Shown piece by piece: positions 1 through 10,384 of a DNA stretch of 64,000 nt. The stretch is from Auanema rhodensis. Its lineage: Eukaryota; Animalia; Nematoda. Within the stretch, counting starts at the first letter, position 1, and every line of letters starts with the position of its first letter. A model generated the notes under the pieces. It saw only the letters and a program-made list of their open reading frames with translations. It was not told the DNA's origin and searched no databases. A program made the translations under genes and the position numbers. The stretch spans positions 22,940,001 through 23,004,000 of the forward strand of contig OZ059897.1 of assembly GCA_964057225.1 (NCBI GenBank), given 5' to 3'.

Positions 1-176
1 GAATCTAATTTTGAAAACCGCATCTCTTTATCTTTCACGTGAAGCGAGTTACATACCAAGTGCACATCACGTGTACATTTAATTAGCATAAATTAAAGTT
101 CACGTAAATTTCAAAGTCATGGTTACCATGCACCAATATCAATAAAAATTTGTTTTTAGACTAATATGGACATGGG
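1..176 (+). repeat. Reference monomer (consensus, C131 allele)
   Basis: 57/176 G+C. Five CpG (19, 38, 45, 70, 103). Two CACGTG (36-41, 68-73), GTGCAC (60-65), TGTACA (72-77), GGTTACC (121-127). The monomer phase is arbitrary, set by the window start. Confidence 0.98.
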
Positions 177-3100
177 GAATCTAATTTTGAAAACCGCATC
201 TCTTTATCTTTCACGTGAAGCGAGTTACATACCAAGTGCACATCACGTGTACATTTAATTAGCATAAATTAAAGTTCACGTAAATTTCAAAGTCATGGTT
301 ACCATGCACCAATATCAATAAAAATTTGTTTTTAGACTAATATGGACATGGGGAATCTAATTTTGAAAACCGCATCTCTTTATCTTTCACGTGAAGCGAG
401 TTACATACCAAGTGCACATCACGTGTACATTTAATTAGCATAAATTAAAGTTCACGTAAATTTCAAAGTCATGGTTACCATGAACCAATATCAATAAAAA
501 TTTGTTTTTAGACTAATATGGACATGGGGAATCTAATTTTGAAAACCGCATCTCTTTATCTTTCACGTGAAGCGAGTTACATACCAAGTGCACATCACGT
601 GTACATTTAATTAGCATAAATTAAAGTTCACGTAAATTTCAAAGTCATGGTTACCATGCACCAATATCAATAAAAATTTGTTTTTAAACTAATATGGACA
701 TGGGGAATCTAATTTTGAAAACCGCATCTCTTTATCTTTCACGTGAAGCGAGTTACATACCAAGTGCACATCACGTGTACATTTAATTAGCATAAATTAA
801 AGTTCACGTAAATTTCAAAGTCATGGTTACCATGCACCAATATCAATAAAAATCTGTTTTTAGACTAATATGGACATGGGGAATCTAATTTTGAAAACCG
901 CATCTCTTTATCTTTCACGTGAAGCGAGTTACATACCAAGTGAACATCACGTGTACATTTAATTAGCATAAATTAAAGTTCACGTAAATTTCAAAGTCAT
1001 GGTTACCATGAACCAATATCAATAAAAATTTGTTTTTAGACTAATATGGACATGGGGAATCTAATTTTGAAAACCGCATCTCTTTATCTTTCACGTGAAG
1101 CGAGTTACATACCAAGTGCCCATCACGTGTACATTTAATTAGCATAAATTAAAGTTCACGTAAATTTCAAAGTCATGGTTACCATGCACCAATATCAATA
1201 AAAATTTGTTTTTAGACTAATATGGACATGGGGAATCTAATTTTGAAAACCGCATCTCGTTATCTTTCACGTGAAGCGAGTTACATACCAAGTGCACATC
1301 ACGTGTACATTTAATTAGCATAAATTAAAGTTCACGTAAATTTCAAAGTCATGGTTACCATGCACGAATATCAATAAAAATTTGTTTTTAGACTAATATG
1401 GACATGGGGAATCTAATTTTGAAAACCGCATCTCTTTATCTTTCACGTGAAGCGAGTTACATACCAAGTGCACATCACGTGTACATTTAATTAGCATAAA
1501 TTAAAGTTCACGTAAATTTCAAAGTCATGGTTACCATGCACCAATATCAATAAAAATTTGTTTTTAGACTAATATGGACATGGGGAATCTAATTTTGAAA
1601 ACCGCATCTCTTTATCTTTCACGTGAAGCGAGTTACATACCAAGTGCACATCACGTGTACATTTAATTAGCATAAATTAAAGTTCACGTAAATTTCAAAG
1701 TCATGGTTACCATGCACCAATATCAATAAAAATTTGTTTTTAGACTAATATGGACATGGTGAATCTAATTTTGAAAACCGCATCTCTTTATCTTTCACGT
1801 GAAGCGAGTTACATACCAAGTGCACATCACGTGTACATTTAATTAGCATAAATTAAAGTTCACGTAAATTTCAAAGTCATGGTTACCATGAACCAATATC
1901 AATAAAAATTTGTTTTTAGACTAATATGGACATGGGGAATCTAATTTTGAAAACCGCATCTCTTTATCTTTCACGTGAAGCGAGTTACATACCAAGTGCA
2001 CATCACGTGTACATTTAATTAGCATAAATTAAAGTTCACGTAAATTTCAAAGTCATGGTTACCATGCACCAATATCAATAAAAATTTGTTTTTAGACTAA
2101 TATGGACATGGGGAATCTAATTTTGAAAACCGCATCTCTTTATCTTTCACGTGAAGCGAGTTACATACCAAGTGCACATCACGTGTACATTTAATTAGCA
2201 TAAATTAAAGTTCACGTAAATTTCAAAGTCATGGTTACCATGAACCAATATCAATAAAAATTTGTTTTTAGACTAATATGGACATGGGGAATCTAATTTT
2301 GAAAACCGCATCTCTTTATCTTTCACGTGAAGCGAGTTACATACCAAGTGCACATCACGTGTACATTTAATTAGCATAAATTAAAGTTCACGTAAATTTC
2401 AAAGTCATGGTTACCATGAACCAATATCAATAAAAATTTGTTTTTAGACTAATATGGACATGGGGAATCTAATTTTGAAAACCGCATCTCTTTATCTTTC
2501 ACGTGAAGCGAGTTACATACCAAGTGCACATCACGTGTACATTTAATTAGCATAAATTAAAGTTCACGTAAATTTCAAAGTCATGGTTACCATGAACCAA
2601 TATCAATAAAAATTTGTTTTTAGACTAATATGGACATGGGAAATCTAATTTTGAAAACCGCATCTCTTTATCTTTCACGTGAAGCGAGTTACATACCAAG
2701 TGCACATCACGTGTACATTTAATTAGCATAAATTAAAGTTCACGTAAATTTCAAAGTCATGGTTACCATGAAGCAATATCAATAAAAATTTGTTTTTAGA
2801 CTAATATGGACATGGGGAATCAAATTTTGAAAACCGCATCTCTTTATCTTTCACGTGAAGCGAGTTACATACCAAGTGCACATCACGTGTACATTTAATT
2901 AGCATAAATTAAAGTTCACGTAAATTTCAAAGTCATGGTTACCATGCACCAATATCAATAAAAATTTGTTTTTAGACTAATATGGACATGGGGAATCTAA
3001 TTTTGAAAACCGCATCTCTTTATCTTTCACGTGAAGCGAGTTACATACCAAGTGCACATCACGTGTACATTTAATTAGCATGAATTAAAGTTCACGTAAA

Positions 3101-5632
3101 TTTCAAAGTCATGGTTACCATGCACCAATATCAATAAAATTTTGTTTTTAGACTAATATGGACATGGGGAATCTAATTTTGAAAACAGCATCTCTTCATC
3201 TTTCACGTGAAGCGAGTTACATACCAAGTGCACATCACGTGTACATTTAATTAGCATAAATTAAAGTTCACGTAAATTTCAAAGTCATGGTTACCATGAA
3301 CCAATATCAATAAAAATTTGTTTTTAGACTAATATGGACATGGGGAATCTAATTTTGAAAACCGCATCTCTTTATCTTTCACGTGAAGCGAGTTACATAC
3401 CAAGTGCACATCACGTGTACATTTAATTAGCATAAATTAAAGTTCACGTAAATTTCAAAGTCATGGTTACCATGCACCAATATCAATAAAAATTTGTTTT
3501 TAGACTAATATGGACATGGGGAATCTAATTTTGAAAACCGCATCTCTTTATCTTTCACGTGAAGCGAGTTACATACCAAGTGCACATCACGTGTACATTT
3601 AATTAGCATAAATTAAAGTTCACGTAAATTTCAAAGTCATGGTTACCATGAACCAATATCAATAAAAATTTGTTTTTAGACTAATATGGACATGGGGAAT
3701 CTAATTTTGAAAACCGCATCTCTTTATCTTTCACGTGAAGCGAGTTACATACCAAGTGCACATCACGTGTACATTTAATTAGCATAAATTAAAGTTCACG
3801 TAAATTTCAAAGTCATGGTTACCATGCACCAATATCAATAAAAATTTGTTTTTAGACTAATATGGACATGGGGGATCTAATTTTGAAAACCGCATCTCTT
3901 TATCTTTCACGTGAAGCGAGTTACATACCAAGTGCACATCACGTGTACATTTAATTAGCATAAATTAAAGTTCACGTAAATTTCAAAGTCATGGTTACCA
4001 TGAACCAATATCAATAAAAATTTGTTTTTAGACTAATATGGACATGGGGAATCTAATTTTGAAAACCGCATCTCTTTATCTTTCACGTGAAGCGAGTTAC
4101 ATACCAAGTGCACATCACGTGTACATTTAATTAGCATAAATTAAAGTTCACGTAAATTTCAAAGTCATGGTTACCATGAACCAATATCAATAAAAATTTG
4201 TTTTTAGACTAATATGGACATGGGGAATCTAATTTTGAAAACCGCATCTCTTTATCTTTCACGTGAAGCGAGTTACATACCAAGTGCACATCACGTGTAC
4301 ATTTAATTAGCATAAATTAAAGTTCACGTAAATTTCAAAGTCATGGTTACCATGAAGCAATATCAATAAAAATTTGTTTTTAGACTAATATGGACATGGG
4401 GAATCTAATTTTGAAAACCGCATCTCTTTATCTTTCACGTGAAGCGAGTTACATACCAAGTGCACATCACGTGTACATTTAATTAGCATAAATTAAAGTT
4501 CACGTAAATTTCAAAGTCATGGTTACCATGCACCAATATCAATAAAAATTTGTTTTTAGACTAATATGGACATGGGGAATCTAATTTTGAAAACCGCATC
4601 TCTTTATCTTTCACGTGAAGCGAGTTACATACCAAGTGCACATCACGTGTACATTTAATTAGCATAAATTAAAGTTCACGTAAATTTCAAAGTCATGGTT
4701 ACCATGAACCAATATCAATAAAAATTTGTTTTTAGACTAATATGGACATGGGGAATCTAATTTTGAAAACCGCATCTCTTTATCTTTCACGTGAAGCGAG
4801 TTACATACCAAGTGCACATCACGTGTACATTTAATTAGCATAAATTAAAGTTCACGTAAATTTCAAAGTCATGGTTACCATGAACCAATATCAATAAAAA
4901 TTTGTTTTTAGACTAATATGGACATGGGGAATCTAATTTTGAAAACCGCATCTCTTTATCTTTCACGTGAAGCGAGTTACATACCAAGTGCACATCACGT
5001 GTACATTTAATTAGCATAAATTAAAGTTCACGTAAATTTCAAAGTCATGGTTACCATGCACCAATATCAATAAAAATTTGTTTTTAGACTAATATGGACA
5101 TGGGGAATCTAATTTTGAAAACCGCATCTCTTTATCTTTCACGTGAAGCGAGTTACATACCAAGTGCACATCACGTGTACATTTAATTAGCATAAATTAA
5201 AGTTCACGTAAATTTCAAAGTCATGGTTACCATGCACCAATATCAATAAAAATTTGTTTTTAGACTAATATGGACATGGGGAATCTAATTTTGAAAACCG
5301 CATCTCTTTATCTTTCACGTGAAGCGAGTTACATACCAAGTGCACATCACGTGTACATTTAATTAGCATAAATTAAAGTTCACGTAAATTTCAAAGTCAT
5401 GGTTACCATGCACCAATATCAATAAAAATTTGTTTTTAGACTAATATGGACATGGGGAATCTAATTTTGAAAACCGCATCTCTTTATCTTTCACGTGAAG
5501 CGAGTTACATACCAAGTGCACATCACGTGTACATTTAATTAGCATAAATTAAAGTTCACGTAAATTTCAAAGTCATGGTTACCATGAACCAATATCAATA
5601 AAAATTTGTTTTTAGACTAATATGGACATGGG

Positions 5633-6336
5633 GAATCTAATTTTGAAAACCGCATCTCTTTATCTTTCACGTGAAGCGAGTTACATACCAAGTGCACATC
5701 ACGTGTACATTTAATTAGCATGAATTAAAGTTCACGTAAATTTCAAAGTCATGGTTACCATGCACCAATATCAATAAAATTTTGTTTTTAGACTAATATG
5801 GACATGGGTAATCTAATTTTGAAAACAGCATCTCTTCATCTTTCACGTGAAGCGAGTTACATACCAAGTGCACATCACGTGTACATTTAATTAGCATAAA
5901 TTAAAGTTCACGTAAATTTCAAAGTCATGGTTACCATGCACCAATATGAATGAAAATTTGTTTTTAGACTAATATGGACATGGGGAATCTAATTTTGAAA
6001 ACCGCATCTCTTTATCTTTCACGTGAAGCGAGTTACATACCAAGTGCACATCACGTGTACATTTAATTAGCATGAATTAAAGTTCACGTAAATTTCAAAG
6101 TCATGGTTACCATGCACCAATATCAATAAAATTTTGTTTTTAGACTAATATGGACATGGGGAATCTAATTTTGAAAACAGCATCTCTTCATCTTTCACGT
6201 GAAGCGAGTTACATACCAAGTGCACATCACGTGTACATTTAATTAGCATAAATTAAAGTTCACGTAAATTTCAAAGTCATGGTTACCATGCACCAATATC
6301 AATAAAAATTTGTTTTTAGACTAATATGGACATGGG
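5633..6336. repeat. Dimeric higher-order unit (352 bp) x2
   Basis: M33/M35 carry A90G+A148T and M34/M36 carry C19A+T29C. The same dimer occurs at 2993-3344 and 8097-8448. Confidence 0.85.
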
Positions 6337-9300
6337 GAATCTAATTTTGAAAACCGCATCTCTTTATCTTTCACGTGAAGCGAGTTACATACCAAGTGCA
6401 CATCACGTGTACATTTAATTAGCATAAATTAAAGTTCACGTAAATTTCAAAGTCATGGTTACCATGCACCAATATCAATAAAAATTTGTTTTTAGCCTAA
6501 TATGGACATGGGGAATCTAATTTCGAGAACCGCATCTCTTTATCTTCCACGTGAAGCGAGTTACATACCAAGTGCACATCACGTGTACATTTAATTAGCA
6601 TAAATTAAAGTTCACGTAAATTTCAAAGTCATGGTTACCATGAACCAATATCAATAAAAATTTGTTTTTAGACTAATATGGACATGGGGAATCTAATTTT
6701 GAAAACCGCATCTCTTTATCTTTCACGTGAAGCGAGTTACATACCAAGTGCACATCACGTGTACATTTAATTAGCATAAATTAAAGTTCACGTAAATTTC
6801 AAAGTCATGGTTACCATGAACCAATATTAATAAAAATTTGTTTTTAGACTAATATGGACATGGGGAATCTAATTTTGAAAACCGCATCTCTTTATCTTTC
6901 ACGTGAAGCGAGTTACATACCAAGTGCACATCACGTGTACATTTAATTAGCATAAATTAAAGTTCACGTAAATTTCAAAGTCATGGTTACCATGCACCAA
7001 TATCAATAAAAATTTGTTTTTAGACTAATATGGACATGGGGAATCTAATTTTGAAAACCGCATCTCTTTATCTTTCACGTGAAGCGAGTTACATACCAAG
7101 TGCACATCACGTGTACATTTAATTAGCATAAATTAAAGTTCACGTAAATTTCAAAGTCATGGTTACCATGAACCAATATCAATAAAAATTTGTTTTTAGA
7201 CTAATATGGACATGGGGAATCTAATTTTGAAAACCGCATCTCTTTATCTTTCACGTGAAGCGAGTTACATACCAAGTGCACATCACGTGTACATTTAATT
7301 AGCATAAATTAAAGTTCACGTAAATTTCAAAGTCATGGTTACCATGCACCAATATCAATAAAAATTTGTTTTTAGACTAATATGGACATGGGGAATCTAA
7401 TTTTGAAAACCGCATCTCTTCATCTTTCACGTGAAGCGAGTTACATACCAAGTGCACATCACGTGTACATTTAATTAGCATAAATTAAAGTTCACGTAAA
7501 TTTCAAAGTCATGGTTACCATGAACCAATATCAATAAAAATTTGTTTTTAGACTAATATGGACATGGGGAATCTAATTTTGAAAACCGCATCTCTTCATC
7601 TTTCACGTGAAGCGAGTTACATACCAAGTGCACATCACGTGTACATTTAATTAGCATAAATTAAAGTTCACGTAAATTTCAAAGTCATGGTTACCATGCA
7701 CCAATATCAATAAAAATTTGTTTTTAGACTAATATGGACATGGGGAATCTAATTTTGAAAACCGCATCTCTTCATCTTTCACGTGAAGCGAGTTACATAC
7801 CAAGTGCACATCACGTGTACATTTAATTAGCATAAATTAAAGTTCACGTAAATTTCAAAGTCATGGTTACCATGAACCAATATCAATAAAAATTTGTTTT
7901 TAGACTAATATGGACATGGGGAATCTAATTTTGAAAACCGCATCTCTTCATCTTTCACGTGAAGCGAGTTACATACCAAGTGCACATCACGTGTACATTT
8001 AATTAGCATAAATTAAAGTTCACGTAAATTTCAAAGTCATGGTTACCATTCATCAATATCAATAAAAATTTGTTTTTAGACTAATATGGACATGGGGAAT
8101 CTAATTTTGAAAACCGCATCTCTTTATCTTTCACGTGAAGCGAGTTACATACCAAGTGCACATCACGTGTACATTTAATTAGCATGAATTAAAGTTCACG
8201 TAAATTTCAAAGTCATGGTTACCATGCACCAATATCAATAAAATTTTGTTTTTAGACTAATATGGACATGGGGAATCTAATTTTGAAAACAGCATCTCTT
8301 CATCTTTCACGTGAAGCGAGTTACATACCAAGTGCACATCACGTGTACATTTAATTAGCATAAATTAAAGTTCACGTAAATTTCAAAGTCATGGTTACCA
8401 TGAAGCAATGTCAATAAAAATTTGTTTTTAGACTAATATGGACATGGGGAATCTAATTTTGAAAACCGCATCTCTTTATCTTTCACGTGAAGCGAGTTAC
8501 ATACCAAGTGCACATCACGTGTACATTTAATTAGCATAAATTAAAGTTCACGTAAATTTCAAAGTCATGGTTACCATGAACCAATATCAATAAAAATTTG
8601 TTTTTAGACTAATATGGACATGGGGAATCTAATTTTGAAAACCGCATCTCTTTATCTTTCACGTGAAGCGAGTTACATACCAAGTGCACATCACGTGTAC
8701 ATTTAATTAGCATAAATTAAAGTTCACGTAAATTTCAAAGTCATGGTTACCATGAACCAATATCAATAAAAATTTGTTTTTAGACTAATATGGACATGGG
8801 GAATCTAATTTTGAAAACCGCATCTCTTTATCTTTCACGTGAAGCGAGTTACATACCAAGTGCACATCACGTGTACATTTAATTAGCATAAATTAAAGTT
8901 CACGTAAATTTCAAAGTCATGGTTACCATGCACCAATATCAATAAAAATTTGTTTTTAGACTAATATGGACATGGGGAATCTAATTTTGAAAACCGCATC
9001 TCTTTATCTTTCACGTGAAGCGAGTTACATACCAAGTGCACATCACGTGTACATTTAATTAGCATAAATTAAAGTTCACGTAAATTTCAAAGTCATGGTT
9101 ACCATGAACCAATATCAATAAAAATTCGTTTTTAGACTAATATGGACATGGGGAATCTAATTTTGAAAACCGCATCTCTTCATCTTTCACGTGAAGCGAG
9201 TTACATACCAAGTGCACATCACGTGTACATTTAATTAGCATAAATTAAAGTTCACGTAAATTTCAAAGTCATGGTTACCATGAACCAATATCAATAAAAA

Positions 9301-10384
9301 TTTGTTTTTAGACTAATATGGACATGGGGAATCTAATTTTGAAAACCGCATCTCTTTATCTTTCACGTGAAGCGAGTTACATACCAAGTGCACATCACGT
9401 GTACATTTAATTAGCATAAATTAAAGTTCACGTAAATTTCAAAGTCATGGTTACCATGCACCAATATCAATAAAAATTTGTTTTTAGACTAATATGGACA
9501 TGGGGAATCTAATTTTGAAAACCGCATCTCTTTATCTTTCACGTGAAGCGAGTTACATACCAAGTGCACATCACGTGTACATTTAATTAGCATAAATTAA
9601 AGTTCACGTAAATTTCAAAGTCATGGTTACCATGAACCAATATCAATAAAAATTTGTTTTTAGACTAATATGGACATGGGGAATCTAATTTTGAAAACCG
9701 CATCTCTTTATCTTTCACGTGAAGCGAGTTACATACCAAGTGCACATCACGTGTACATTTAGTTAGCATAAATTAAAGTTCACGTAAATTTCAAAGTCAT
9801 GGTTACCATGCACCAATATCAATAAAAATTTGTTTTTAAACTAATATGGACATGGGGAATCTAATTTTGAAAACCGCATCTCTTTATCTTTCACGTGAAG
9901 CGAGTTACATACCAAGTGCCCATCACGTGTACATTTAATTAGCATAAATTAAAGTTCACGTAAATTTCAAAGTCATGGTTACCATGCACCAATATCAATA
10001 AAAATTTGTTTTTAGACTAATATGGACATGGGGAATCTAATTTTGAAAACCGCATCTCTTTATCTTTCACGTGAAGCGAGTTACATACCAAGTGCACATC
10101 ACGTGTACATTTAATTAGCATAAATTAAAGTTCACGTAAATTTCAAAGTCATGGTTACCATGAACCAATATCAATAAAAATTTGTTTTTAGACTAATATG
10201 GACATGGGGAATCTAATTTTGAAAACCGCATCTCTTTATCTTTCACGTGAAGCGAGTTACATACCAAGTGCCCATCACGTGTACATTTAATTAGCATAAA
10301 TTAAAGTTCACGTAAATTTCAAAGTCATGGTTACCATGCACCAATATCAATAAAAATTTGTTTTTAGACTAATATGGACATGGG

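Noticed and set aside
84-105. tRNA/SINE-like Pol III A-box (TAGCATA) and B-box (GTTCAC), or a 5S/tRNA tandem gene array
   Set aside because: Both matches are poor (the B-box needs GTTCRANNC), they are too close together, and no cloverleaf or 5S similarity is visible.
141-146. AATAAA polyadenylation signal in each monomer
   Set aside because: Expected by chance in 68% AT DNA, and no transcription unit is evident.
1-176. CENP-B box (TTCG....A..CGGG)
   Set aside because: Neither TTCG/CGAA nor CGGG/CCCG occurs in the consensus.
1-176. Assignment to known ~171-178-bp families (alpha satellite, Arabidopsis CEN178, Brassica CentBr, honeybee AluI repeat)
   Set aside because: Only the length is similar. 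There is no HindIII (AAGCTT) or AluI (AGCT) site in the consensus and no sequence resemblance I can recall. A database search is needed.
168-177. G-quadruplex or telomeric motif at GGACATGGGG
   Set aside because: There is only one G-run of three or more per 176 bp and no telomere-type short repeat.
166-258. 30-codon ORF across each monomer junction (MDMGNLILKTASLYLSREASYIPSAHHVYI*). The variants A81G and A82G keep the stop (TGA, TAG).
   Set aside because: The length is expected by chance, there is no recognisable protein motif, and common variants are mostly non-synonymous. Both A-to-G transitions of TAA give stops automatically. 176 is not a multiple of 3, so no long repeat ORF exists.
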